Counted from the stretch's first letter, positions 11,834 through 20,621 are shown. The stretch is DNA of 35,070 nucleotides from Flavobacteriales bacterium (GCA_034002325.1 JAVFAQ010000001.1:1-35070); one strand, 5' to 3'. Program-made: numbers and translations. Notes: a model not told the origin generated them from the sequence alone.

Positions 11834-11855
11834 GGATTGTCACCGGATTGTCACC
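11834..11855 (-). repeat. Perfect tandem 11-mer (GGATTGTCACC x2 on + strand) in the sdhC 5' leader
   Basis: Read directly: 11834-11844 and 11845-11855 are identical. They lie between the -7 box and the sdhC ATG. Confidence 0.8.
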
Positions 11856-11868
11856 GGCGGTGCGACGG

Positions 11869-11876
11869 CAAAAGTA
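11869..11876 (-). promoter_or_regulatory. Bacteroidota -7 promoter box TACTTTTG for sdhCAB
   Basis: Perfect match to TAnnTTTG on the minus strand, 41 nt upstream of the sdhC ATG. Confidence 0.5.
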
Positions 11877-12028
11877 GCGGTCCCGGACGGGAGGGGGCGG
11901 CGCGGCCCGCTTACCGGGCTATTTGGAACAGTTCTGATCTGTGGGCCGGGCCGTGGGCAAGGTCCGTGGGCCGGCAGGGGTGCCCTTCCGGGCGGGATGA
12001 TGAACTTTACGCCCTGCACCCCCATCCC

Positions 12029-13339
12029 ATGACCGAGCAGACCACCCTGAGCCAGGAGCTCATCGCCCGCCGCAAGGCCGCCGTGCCCAACGGTGTGGGC
12101 ATGTTCAACAACGCCACCGCCACGGCGGCCCACGGCGCCATCATCATCGATGCCGACGGGCGCGAGCTGATCGACTTCGCCGGCGGCATCGGCGTGGTGA
12201 ACGCCGGCCACTGCCCGCCGCCCGTGGTGAAGGCCGTGCAGGAGCAGGCGGAGAAGTTCCTGCACGTGAGCTTCAACGTGGCCAGCTACGAACCCTACGT
12301 CGCCCTGTGCGAAAAGCTCAACGCGCTGCTGCCGCATGGCGGCAACACCAAGACCATGCTGGTGAGCACCGGTGCCGAGGCGGTGGAGAACGCCGTCAAG
12401 ATCGCCCGGCAGGCCACCGGCCGCAGCGGGGTGCTCTGCTTCACCGATGCCTTCCACGGCCGCACCCTCATGGCCATGACCCTCACCAGCAAGGTGGGCT
12501 ACAAGCCCGGGTGCGGCCCCTACGCCCCGGAGGTGTACCGCACGCAGTTCCCCAACTTCTTCCGGTACGGCGCCGGCCGCAGCGAGGCCGAGTTCGTGCG
12601 CGATGAACTGCGGCGCCTGGACGAACTGGCCCAGCACACCGTGGACCCCGCCCAGCTGGCCTGCGTGATCATCGAGCTGGTGCAGGGCGAAGGCGGCTTC
12701 ACCGTGGCGCCCAAGGGGTACGTGGAGGGCCTGCGCACGTGGTGCGACCGCCATGGCGTGCTGCTGATCATCGACGAGATCCAGACCGGCTTCGGGCGCA
12801 CCGGGGCCTGGGGCGCGCACGCCCACTACGGCATCACGCCCGACCTGAGCACCTGGGCCAAGAGCCTGGGCAGCGGCCTGCCGATCGCCGCCGTGATGGG
12901 CCGGGCCGCGATCATGGACCAGGCCGCCCCCAGCAGCATCGGCGGCACCTACATCGGAAGCCCCGTGTGCTGTGCGGCCGCCCTGGCCACCCTGCGGTAC
13001 ATGGAAGAGGTGGACATCAACGCGCGGGGGCGCCACGTGGGCCAGGTGGTGCGCGCGCGCTTCGAGCGGATGAAGGCCCGCCACGCCGGCATCGGCGAGG
13101 TGCGCGGCCTGGGCGCCATGATGGCCATGGAGTTCAACGTGGACGGCGACCCCCACCGGCCCGATGCCGACACCTGCACCGCATTGATGGACGCCTGCGC
13201 ACGCCGCGGCCTGGTGGTGATCTCCGCCGGCACCGGCCGCAACGTGATCCGCGTGCTGGGCCCGCTGGTGATCAGTGACGAGCTGCTCAACAAGGGCCTG
13301 GACATCATGGAGGAGGAACTGGACCGGATCGCCGGGTGA
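12029..13339 (+). CDS. Class-III PLP aminotransferase (4-aminobutyrate / omega-amine aminotransferase family)
   Basis: GabT-like sequence throughout (DADGRELIDFAGGIGVVNAGH, STGAEAVENAVKIAR, AFHGRTLMAMTLT, LLIIDEIQTGFGRTG, KSLGSGLP). I place the start at ATG 12029 rather than at the upstream extension of the ORF. Confidence 0.85.
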   Translation: MTEQTTLSQELIARRKAAVPNGVGMFNNATATAAHGAIIIDADGRELIDFAGGIGVVNAGHCPPPVVKAVQEQAEKFLHVSFNVASYEPYVALCEKLNALLPHGGNTKTMLVSTGAEAVENAVKIARQATGRSGVLCFTDAFHGRTLMAMTLTSKVGYKPGCGPYAPEVYRTQFPNFFRYGAGRSEAEFVRDELRRLDELAQHTVDPAQLACVIIELVQGEGGFTVAPKGYVEGLRTWCDRHGVLLIIDEIQTGFGRTGAWGAHAHYGITPDLSTWAKSLGSGLPIAAVMGRAAIMDQAAPSSIGGTYIGSPVCCAAALATLRYMEEVDINARGRHVGQVVRARFERMKARHAGIGEVRGLGAMMAMEFNVDGDPHRPDADTCTALMDACARRGLVVISAGTGRNVIRVLGPLVISDELLNKGLDIMEEELDRIAG

Positions 13340-13345
13340 TGGACC

Positions 13346-13413
13346 GGTCGTCGGTTGTCCGTGGTCAGTCGTTGGCTGCCGGACAACCGGCAACCGACAA
13401 CGGACAACCGACC
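13346..13413. repeat. Imperfect 27-37-nt-arm hairpin filling the aminotransferase / C-N hydrolase spacer
   Basis: Left arm GGTCGTCGGTTGTCCGTGGTCAGTCGTTGGCTGCCGG, right arm CCGGCAACCGACAACGGACAACCGACC. The 3' end stops 1 nt before the ATG at 13415. Confidence 0.7.
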
Positions 13414-13414
13414 A

Positions 13415-14404
13415 ATGAAGCCTTTCAGCATAGCCGGCATCCAGATGCGCGTGAACGCCTCCTACAGCAACCTGGAGGCGATGAAGCTGAAGCTGGACAT
13501 CCTGATGACCATGTACCCGTGGGTGGACATGGCGATGTTCAGCGAGCTGTGCGTGCATGGCCCGCTCACCCACCATGCCCTGGAACGCATCGAGGACTTC
13601 GAGGAGCCCATGCAGGAGATGGCGCGCAAGCACCGCGTCTGGCTGCTGCCGGGCAGCGTGTTCCACAAGGTGGACGGGCGGATCTACAACACCGCCAGCG
13701 TGATCTCGCCCGCCGGCGAGGTGGTGGCGCGTTACCGCAAGATGTTCCCCTTCTACCCCTACGAGGTGGGGGTGACGCCGGGCAGTGATTTCTGCGTGTT
13801 CGACATACCCGAGGTGGGGCGCTTCGGGGTGAGCATCTGCTACGACATGTGGTTCCCCGAGACCACGCGCACCCTGGCGGTGATGGGGGCGGAGGTGATC
13901 CTGCACCCCACGCTCACGGGCACCATCGACCGGGACATCGAGCTGAGCATCGCCCGGGCCAGCGCGGCCACCAACCAGTGCTACTTCTTCGACATCAACG
14001 GGCTGGACGCCGGGGGCAGCGGCCGCAGCATCATCTGCGGGCCTGAGGGGCGGGTGATCTACCAGGCCGAGAACAACGAGGAGATCATCCCGATCGAGAT
14101 CAACCTGGACAAGGTGCGCCGCAGCCGGGAGCTGGGCGTGCTGCGCCTGGGCCAGCCGCTGAAGAGCTTCCGCGACCACGCCGGCGAGTTCGCCATCTAC
14201 CAGCGCGGCGCCGAGCGGCCCTACCTCAACGGCCTGGGCCCGTTGATCAAGCCGCAACGCGTGAAGGAGCTGGGCGACCTGCACATCCAGGAGGACGGTC
14301 TGCACCGCCAGGACCCCCAGCGCCAGGGGGCCATCGGCAAGGGCGCCATCGCCGGCGCCCTGCGTGCGCGCACCGGCAACGACGACATCGACCAAGTACC
14401 CTAA
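13415..14404 (+). CDS. Carbon-nitrogen hydrolase (nitrilase superfamily amidase)
   Basis: Glu-Lys-Cys catalytic context (MFSELCVHG; RYRKMFPF; FGVSICYDMWFPE), ~260 aa core plus a ~60 aa C-terminal extension. Confidence 0.8.
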   Translation: MKPFSIAGIQMRVNASYSNLEAMKLKLDILMTMYPWVDMAMFSELCVHGPLTHHALERIEDFEEPMQEMARKHRVWLLPGSVFHKVDGRIYNTASVISPAGEVVARYRKMFPFYPYEVGVTPGSDFCVFDIPEVGRFGVSICYDMWFPETTRTLAVMGAEVILHPTLTGTIDRDIELSIARASAATNQCYFFDINGLDAGGSGRSIICGPEGRVIYQAENNEEIIPIEINLDKVRRSRELGVLRLGQPLKSFRDHAGEFAIYQRGAERPYLNGLGPLIKPQRVKELGDLHIQEDGLHRQDPQRQGAIGKGAIAGALRARTGNDDIDQVP

Positions 14405-14416
14405 CCCCCTGATCCC

Positions 14417-14953
14417 ATGGGAGCCACCGCCAAGCCCGCCCGCAAGCCCGCCCGACCGATCGTGGACCACGTAAGCTGGTTCGAGATACCCGTTTACCAC
14501 CTGGAGCGCGCCAAGGCGTTCTACGACCACCTCTACGGCATCGAGATGGAGACCGCCGTGTCCGGCGATTACCGCATGGCCTTCCTGCCGCCCTGCGCCG
14601 GCGTGGGGGGCGCCTTGGTGCAGGGGCCGGGGTGCGTGCCCACGGACGTGGGGGCCCTGTTGTACCTCAACGCCGGGCAGGACCTGGACGGCATGCTGGC
14701 GCGCGTGGTGCCCGGCGGCGGCCGCATCGTCATGGGCCGCACCCTGATTAGCGAGGGTGCCGGCTGGTTCGCGCTGTTCATCGACAGCGAGGGCAACCGC
14801 CTGGCCCTGCACCAGGCCGCGACCGCAGCGGCGCCGGCCGGTCTTGACGAGGTGCCCAAAGCCGCGAAGGCCGCGAAGAAAGCCGTGAAGAAAGTCGCGA
14901 AGAAGGCCGTGGCCAAGCGCGCGGCGGGCCGCAAGCCGGCGAAGCGGAAGTAG
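14417..14953 (+). CDS. VOC/glyoxalase-fold protein fused to a Lys/Ala-rich histone-H1-like tail
   Basis: The N-terminal ~125 aa look like a single VOC module (VSWFEIPVYHLERAKAFY ... GWFALFIDSEGNRLALHQ). The C-terminal 45 aa are PKAAKAAKKAVKKVAKKAVAKRAAGRKPAKRK-type. Confidence 0.7.
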   Translation: MGATAKPARKPARPIVDHVSWFEIPVYHLERAKAFYDHLYGIEMETAVSGDYRMAFLPPCAGVGGALVQGPGCVPTDVGALLYLNAGQDLDGMLARVVPGGGRIVMGRTLISEGAGWFALFIDSEGNRLALHQAATAAAPAGLDEVPKAAKAAKKAVKKVAKKAVAKRAAGRKPAKRK

Positions 14954-14955
14954 GT

Positions 14956-16479
14956 CTACTCGTCGAGGTCCTTCCGCAGCACGCCCACCAGGTGGTCGGG
15001 GAAGTAGTGGTCCGCCAGTTCCACGAACTCGTCGCCCCGGGCGAACATGTCCATGCCCACGTCGGAAAAGCGCTCCTTGCCGCAGGCGGCGAGCAGTTCC
15101 AAGGTGGCGTGGAGCGTGTTGCGGTGGTAGTGGTACACCCGCTCGGTCTTGTCGGTCACCACCAGGCCCCGTTGCAGCCCGCGGTCCTGCGTGGCCACCC
15201 CGGCGGGGCAGTCGTTGGTGTTGCAGCGCAGGGCCTGGATGCAGCCCAGGGCGAACATGAAGCCCCGCGCGCTGTTGCACAGGTCGGCGCCCAAGGCGCG
15301 CATCTTCAGGATGTCGGCGGCGGAAATGACCTTGCCGCTGGCGATCACCCGGATGTGCTCCTTCAGGCCGTAGTGGCGCAATGAGGCGTTCACGAACATC
15401 AAGGCGGGCACGATGGGCATGCCCACGGAATCCGCGAACTCCAGCGGGGCCGCACCGGTGCCTCCCTCGGCGCCGTCCACGGTGATGAAATCGGGCATCA
15501 TGCCGGTGGTGCGCATCTTGGCGCAGATATCGGTGAACTCCTCGGCCTTGCCGATGCAGAGCTTGAAGCCCACGGGCTTGCCGCCGGAGAGCTCGCGCAG
15601 GCGCCCCACGAAGCGCAGCAGGCCGGCGGCATCGCTGAAGGCGCTGTGGCCCGGCGGCGAAAGCACCGTGTGCCCCGGCTCGATGTGGCGGATGCGGGCG
15701 ATCTCCGGGGTGTTCTTGCTGGCCGGCAGCACGCCGCCGTGGCCGGGCTTGGCGCCCTGGCTCAGCTTCACCTCGATCATGCGCACCTGCGGATGGGCCG
15801 CGTTCTTGCGGAACACCTCGGGATCGAAGTCGCCGTTGGCATCGCGGCAGCCGAAATAGCCCGTGCCGATCTGCCACACCAGGTCGCCGCCCGGTGCCAG
15901 GTGGTGGTCGCTGATGGCCCCCTCGCCGGTGTTGTGGTAGAAGCCGCCCTTCTTCGCACCGCCATTGAGGGCGAGGATGGCGTTGCGGCTCAGGGCGCCG
16001 AAGCTCATGGCCGAGATGTTCAGCAACGACGCATCGTAGGGCTGCGTGCATTCGGGCCCGCCGATGCGTACCCGGGGCGGTTCCTTGAGCAGGGGCGCCG
16101 GGAACACCGAGTGCCGCAGCCCCTCGTAATCGCCGTGGTACAGGTCCATCAGCGTGCCGAAGGGCACCGTGTCGTTCACGTTCTTGGCCCGGCGGTACAC
16201 CAGCGAGCGTTGCTGCCGGCTGAAGGGGCGGCCGTCGGTGGTGCGCTCGATGAAGTACTGCTGCATCTCCGGGCTGATGAACTCGAAGAAGTAGCGCGCG
16301 TAGCCCAGCACCGGGAAGTTGCGCATGATGGTGTGCCGCACCTGCAGCACGTTGAGGATGCCGATGATCACCAGCGGCACCAGCACCACGTACCACCACA
16401 GCACGATGGGGTGGAAGTAGCCGATCACCCCCACCAGGAGCAGCAGGAAGAAGCTCAGTCCGTAGAAGATGCGCCGCAT
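14956..16479 (-). CDS. FMN-binding glutamate synthase family protein (GltB domain-2-like), membrane anchored
   Basis: N-terminal TM helices, then a GltS FMN-domain-like core (VKLSQGAKPGHGGVLP, GFKLCIGK, DFITVDGAEGGTGAAP, IASGKV). The start at ATG 16479 is supported by a perfect TAAGTTTG box 17 nt upstream, so the 20-codon upstream extension is unlikely. Confidence 0.85.
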   Translation of the reverse strand: MRRIFYGLSFFLLLLVGVIGYFHPIVLWWYVVLVPLVIIGILNVLQVRHTIMRNFPVLGYARYFFEFISPEMQQYFIERTTDGRPFSRQQRSLVYRRAKNVNDTVPFGTLMDLYHGDYEGLRHSVFPAPLLKEPPRVRIGGPECTQPYDASLLNISAMSFGALSRNAILALNGGAKKGGFYHNTGEGAISDHHLAPGGDLVWQIGTGYFGCRDANGDFDPEVFRKNAAHPQVRMIEVKLSQGAKPGHGGVLPASKNTPEIARIRHIEPGHTVLSPPGHSAFSDAAGLLRFVGRLRELSGGKPVGFKLCIGKAEEFTDICAKMRTTGMMPDFITVDGAEGGTGAAPLEFADSVGMPIVPALMFVNASLRHYGLKEHIRVIASGKVISAADILKMRALGADLCNSARGFMFALGCIQALRCNTNDCPAGVATQDRGLQRGLVVTDKTERVYHYHRNTLHATLELLAACGKERFSDVGMDMFARGDEFVELADHYFPDHLVGVLRKDLDE

Positions 16480-16496
16480 GTTGCCGTATCGGGCCG

Positions 16497-16504
16497 CAAA
16501 CTTA
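16497..16504 (-). promoter_or_regulatory. -7 promoter box TAAGTTTG for the GltB-like gene
   Basis: Perfect TAnnTTTG on the minus strand, 17 nt upstream of ATG 16479. Confidence 0.5.
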
Positions 16505-16575
16505 GCCCCGAACGCACGGTCCCCACCGCGTGCGCCCATTGGCCGGGACGCCTATCTTTCCGCCTCACGCCGCCC

Positions 16576-19332
16576 ATGACCCCGCAGGACCAACGCCACT
16601 TCAACGCCGCCCGGCTGCGCTCGCACACGTGGGACCGCCTGAAGCTGGCGGTGACCGCCCTGGCGGCGCGGCCGGCCGGTGCTCCGGGAGCGGACCATGG
16701 GCAGGCCGCGGAGGCGCTGGGGCAGTTGCTGGTGATCGAGCGCTACTGGGCCTACCCGGGGATCGAGGCCGTGCGGCGGATGCAGGAGCTGCTGCAACAG
16801 GGCGGTGCGGCCGAGCTGGAGCAGGCCGTGCTCCACGTGGTGCGCCACCTGGCCAGCGGCGTGTTCCGCAGCGACGCGGCCATCACCGACGAAGGGGCCG
16901 ACCACGCCGAGCGCGAGGCCGAGACCGAGCCGGAGCGCACCCGGCAGCATTACTTCGAGGTGCTCTTCGTGGATGACAGCGGCGAGCGCGAGCAGCAGCG
17001 CATCCGCGAGCAACTGGCCGAGGCCCGCGGGCGCGACGACCGCTTCACCTACGGCGTGGTGGTGGTGCCCACGGCGCAGGACGCGCTGATCGCCCTGCTC
17101 TTCAACCACAACATACAGGCCTGCGTGGTGCGCTACGGCATCCCCTTCCCCAGCCCGCAGGCCAAGGGCTTCCTCGCCGGCTACGTCCGCGCCATCGAGC
17201 AGGTGGACCTCACCGCGCGCACCAAGGCCGAAATGGGGCCGCAGCTCGCCCGCATCATGCGCTGGTTCAGGCCCGAGGTGGACCGCTACTACGTGACGGA
17301 CACCCCGGTGATCGACCTGGACGACCATACGCTCAAGCACTTCCGCCGCATCTTCTACCGGCAGGAGGACCTGGAGGAGCTGCACCTCACCATCCTGCGC
17401 GGCATCACCGAGAAGTACGAGACGCCCTTCTTCACCGCCCTCACCGAATACAGCCGCAAGCCGGTGGGCGTGTTCCATGCCATGCCCCTGTCGCGCGGCA
17501 ACAGCGTGTTCCGCAGCCGGTGGATCCAGGACTTCGGCGCGTTCTACGGCCGCAACCTCTTCCTGGCCGAGACCAGCAGCACCACCGGCGGGCTCGATTC
17601 CCTGCTGCAGCCCACCGGCCCGCTGAAGAAGGCCCAGGAGTTGGCGGCCCGGGCCTTCGGCGCGCAGCACACCTACTTCGCCACCAACGGCACCAGCAGC
17701 AGCAACAAGATCGTGCTGCAGGCCCTGGTGGAGCCCGGCGACCTGGTGCTGATCGACCGCGACTGCCACAAGAGCCACCACTACGGCATGGCCCTGAGCG
17801 GTGCGCATCCCGTGTACCTGGACAGCTACCCGCTGCCCAAGTTCAGCATGTACGGCGCCGTGCCGCTGGCCCACATCCGGGAGAAATTGATCGAGCTCAA
17901 GCGCGCCGGCCGGCTGGACAAGGTGAAGATGCTGCTGCTCACCAACAGCACCTTCGACGGCGTGGTGTACAACGTGCAGCGCGTGATGGAGCAGGTGCTG
18001 GCGATCAAGCCGGACATGATCTTCCTGTGGGACGAGGCCTGGTACGCCTTCGCGGGCTTCAGCTACATCTTCAAGCAGCGCACGGCCATGTTCAGCGCCG
18101 CCCGCCTGCACCGCCGCTACCACAGCCCGGCCTACCGCGCCGAGCACGCGGCCCACGTCGCGGCGCTGCCGCCCGGCGAAGAGCCCCTGCTGCCCGACCC
18201 CGACCGCGTGAAGGTGCGCGTGTACGCCACCCAGAGCACGCACAAGACGCTCACCTCCTTCCGCCAGGGCAGCATGATCCACATCTGGGACGAGGAGTTC
18301 AAGCGCCTGAGCGAGGAGGCCTTCCACGAGGCGTACATGACCCACACCAGCACATCGCCCAATTACCAGGTGCTGGCCAGCCTCGATGTGGGCCGCCGCC
18401 AGGTGGAGTTCGAGGGCTACGAACTGGTGGAGAAGGCCATCGAGCTGGGCATGATGCTGCGCCACAAGGTGTACCAGCACCCGCTGCTGCTGAAGTACTT
18501 CGACATCGTCACCGTGGCCGACCTGATCCCGGCCGAGTACCGCCCATCGGGCCTGAAGGAGTACTATTCCAAGGACGTGGGCTGGAACCGCATCGAGGAC
18601 GCGTGGGCGCACGACGAGTTCGTGGTAGACCCCACCAAGGTGAACCTGTACGTGGGCAAGACCGGGGTGGACGGCGATACGTTCAAGAACCGGTACCTGA
18701 TGGACCAGCATCACATCCAGGTCAACAAGACGAGCCGCAACTCGGTGCTGTTCATGACCAACATCGGCACCACGCGCGGCAGCATGGCCTACCTGCTGCG
18801 GGTGCTGCTGCGGATCGCGGAGGACCTGGAGGCGCGGGTGCAGGCCATGAGCCGCCCCGAGCGCGAGCTGCACATCCGGCGCATCCGCTCGCTCACCAAG
18901 TTCGTGCCCCCGCTGCCGGATTTCAGCCGCTTCCACGACAGCTTCCGCGCGGTGCCCACCGTGCCGGGCGGCAACCTGCGCGAGGCGTACTTCCTGGCCT
19001 ACAAGGAGGAGAACTGCGTGTTCATCCCCCTGACCGAGTGCCATGCCGCGCTGGCCGCCGGCCGCGCACTGGTATCGGCCAACTTCGTGATCCCCTACCC
19101 GCCCGGCTTCCCCGTGCTGGTGCCCGGGCAGGTGATCAGCGGCGAGATCCTGGACTTCCTGCTGGCCATCGACGTGAAGGAGATCCACGGCTACCGCGCC
19201 GACATGGGCCTGCGCGTGTTCACCGAGGGCGCCCTGGCCCGCAAACGCACCGGCACGGCCATGGGCGGGGCGCGCGCCAGTGCGATGGGCGCGGCCAACG
19301 GAACAGGTGCGAAGAAGAAGCGCAAGGCGTGA
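16576..19332 (+). CDS. Large Orn/Lys/Arg decarboxylase (fold-I PLP, AdiA/CadA/SpeC-like) with N-terminal extension
   Basis: CheY-like wing region (YFEVLFVDD ... VVVVPTAQDALIALL). Major domain (FHAMPLSRGNS, ATNGTSSSNKIV, PLP-lysine context ATQSTHKTL). C-terminal domain (VIPYPPGFPVLVPG). Start at ATG 16576, since upstream the ORF runs antisense through the neighbouring gene. 918 aa. Confidence 0.9.
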   Translation: MTPQDQRHFNAARLRSHTWDRLKLAVTALAARPAGAPGADHGQAAEALGQLLVIERYWAYPGIEAVRRMQELLQQGGAAELEQAVLHVVRHLASGVFRSDAAITDEGADHAEREAETEPERTRQHYFEVLFVDDSGEREQQRIREQLAEARGRDDRFTYGVVVVPTAQDALIALLFNHNIQACVVRYGIPFPSPQAKGFLAGYVRAIEQVDLTARTKAEMGPQLARIMRWFRPEVDRYYVTDTPVIDLDDHTLKHFRRIFYRQEDLEELHLTILRGITEKYETPFFTALTEYSRKPVGVFHAMPLSRGNSVFRSRWIQDFGAFYGRNLFLAETSSTTGGLDSLLQPTGPLKKAQELAARAFGAQHTYFATNGTSSSNKIVLQALVEPGDLVLIDRDCHKSHHYGMALSGAHPVYLDSYPLPKFSMYGAVPLAHIREKLIELKRAGRLDKVKMLLLTNSTFDGVVYNVQRVMEQVLAIKPDMIFLWDEAWYAFAGFSYIFKQRTAMFSAARLHRRYHSPAYRAEHAAHVAALPPGEEPLLPDPDRVKVRVYATQSTHKTLTSFRQGSMIHIWDEEFKRLSEEAFHEAYMTHTSTSPNYQVLASLDVGRRQVEFEGYELVEKAIELGMMLRHKVYQHPLLLKYFDIVTVADLIPAEYRPSGLKEYYSKDVGWNRIEDAWAHDEFVVDPTKVNLYVGKTGVDGDTFKNRYLMDQHHIQVNKTSRNSVLFMTNIGTTRGSMAYLLRVLLRIAEDLEARVQAMSRPERELHIRRIRSLTKFVPPLPDFSRFHDSFRAVPTVPGGNLREAYFLAYKEENCVFIPLTECHAALAAGRALVSANFVIPYPPGFPVLVPGQVISGEILDFLLAIDVKEIHGYRADMGLRVFTEGALARKRTGTAMGGARASAMGAANGTGAKKKRKA

Positions 19333-19427
19333 GCGCCGATACGAACGGGGACCACCCCACGAGTGGATGAAGCCCGTGAGGTCCTGGTATTTCAAGACCG
19401 TGCGCCGATAGGGGTCCGAGGAAAAGG

Positions 19428-19458
19428 AAGGGGCCGCCTCCTGTTGGGGCAGCCCCTT
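19428..19458. terminator. Possible bidirectional hairpin between the convergent decarboxylase and hppD genes
   Basis: AAGGGGC ... GCCCCTT 7-bp stem with a 17-nt loop. No clear U-tract. Confidence 0.3.
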
Positions 19459-19481
19459 CGTATGCCACGCACGGCGCGGGA

Positions 19482-20621
19482 CTACAACGTCCCCCGGCTC
19501 GCCTGCTCGCGTTCGATCGCCTCGAACAGCGCCTTGAAGTTGCCCTTCCCGAAGCTCTTCGCGCCCTTGCGCTGGATGATCTCGATGAAGAGCGTGGGGC
19601 GGTCCTGCAGCGGCTTGGTGAAGAGCTGCAAGAGGTAGCCCTCGTCGTCGCGGTCCACCAGGATGCCCAGTTCGGCGAGCGGTGCCAGGTCTTCCTCGAT
19701 GGGCCCCACGCGGTCCAGCAGGCCCTCGTAGTAGGTCGAAGGCACTTTGAGGAACTCCACGCCGCGCGCCATGAGCTCGCGCACCGTCTTCACGATGTCG
19801 TCCGTGGCGATCGCGATGTGCTGCACGCCGGGGCCGTTGTAGAAGTCCAGGTACTCCTCCACCTGGCTCTTCTTCTTGCCCTCGGCCGGCTCGTTGATCG
19901 GGAACTTGATGCGGCCGTTGCCGTTGCTCATCACCTTGCTCATCAAGGCGCTGTACTCGGTGCTGATGTCCTTGTCGTCGAAGCCCAGCACGTTGGCGAA
20001 GCCCATCACCTCCTCGTAGAACTTCACCCAGGGGTCCATTTCGTTCCAGCCCACGTTGGCCACCATGTGGTCCACGTACTTCAGGCCGGTGGTGGTGGGG
20101 TTGTAGGCGCTCTTCCAAGGCTTGTAGCCCGGCAGGAAGGTGCCCTTGTAGTTCTTGCGCTCCACGAACACATGCACCGTGTCGCCGTACAGCTTGATGC
20201 CGCTCTTGACCACTTCGCCGTCGGCGTCCTTCTCCACGCGGGGCTCGAAGTAGGGCACGGCGCCACGCTTGGTGGTCTCTTCGAAGGCCTTGCGGGCGTC
20301 GTCCACCCACAGGGCGATCACCTTCACGCCGTCGCCGTGCAGGCGCAGGTGGTCGTTGATCTCGTGGTCCTTCGTCAGCGGGGTGGTGAGCACCAGGCGG
20401 ATCTTGTCCTGCACCACCACGTAGCTGGTGCGGTCCTTCACGCCCGTCTCCAGGCCCGCGTAGGCGAGGCTCTGGAAGCCGAAGGCCGTCTTGTAGAAAT
20501 GGGCGGCCTGCTTGGCGTTGCCCACGTAGAGTTCGATGTGGTCGGTGCCCAAGAGGGGAAGGAAGTCCGCCGCTTCGGGCACCACTTTCTTCAGGTCGGG
20601 GGTTGCGCTTTCGATGGCCAT
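19482..20621 (-). CDS. hppD: 4-hydroxyphenylpyruvate dioxygenase
   Basis: 379 aa, two VOC-fold halves, HPPD-like throughout (HIELYVGNAKQAAHFY, GVQHIAIATDDI, LFEAIEREQ). Confidence 0.93.
   Translation of the reverse strand: MAIESATPDLKKVVPEAADFLPLLGTDHIELYVGNAKQAAHFYKTAFGFQSLAYAGLETGVKDRTSYVVVQDKIRLVLTTPLTKDHEINDHLRLHGDGVKVIALWVDDARKAFEETTKRGAVPYFEPRVEKDADGEVVKSGIKLYGDTVHVFVERKNYKGTFLPGYKPWKSAYNPTTTGLKYVDHMVANVGWNEMDPWVKFYEEVMGFANVLGFDDKDISTEYSALMSKVMSNGNGRIKFPINEPAEGKKKSQVEEYLDFYNGPGVQHIAIATDDIVKTVRELMARGVEFLKVPSTYYEGLLDRVGPIEEDLAPLAELGILVDRDDEGYLLQLFTKPLQDRPTLFIEIIQRKGAKSFGKGNFKALFEAIEREQASRGTL

Noticed and set aside
11840-16399. 1519-aa ORF on the minus strand
   Set aside because: It runs antisense through three recognisable plus-strand genes (aminotransferase, C-N hydrolase, VOC) and out of frame through the GltB-like gene. 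Its translation is Arg/Gly/Ala/His/Pro-rich low complexity with no domain signature. It is a typical stop-poor off-frame artefact of high-GC DNA.
15646-16575. 310-codon N-terminal extension of the decarboxylase ORF
   Set aside because: The extension is antisense to the GltB-like gene and has no decarboxylase similarity. ATG 16576 is preceded by a TATCTTTC box and begins the recognisable protein.
19333-19481. Possible tRNA or small RNA in the decarboxylase-hppD spacer, and likewise in 20622-20886 and 23486-23610
   Set aside because: I found no cloverleaf-compatible arms or T-loop (GTTCRANNC) consensus. The structure present is adequately explained by terminator or REP-like hairpins.
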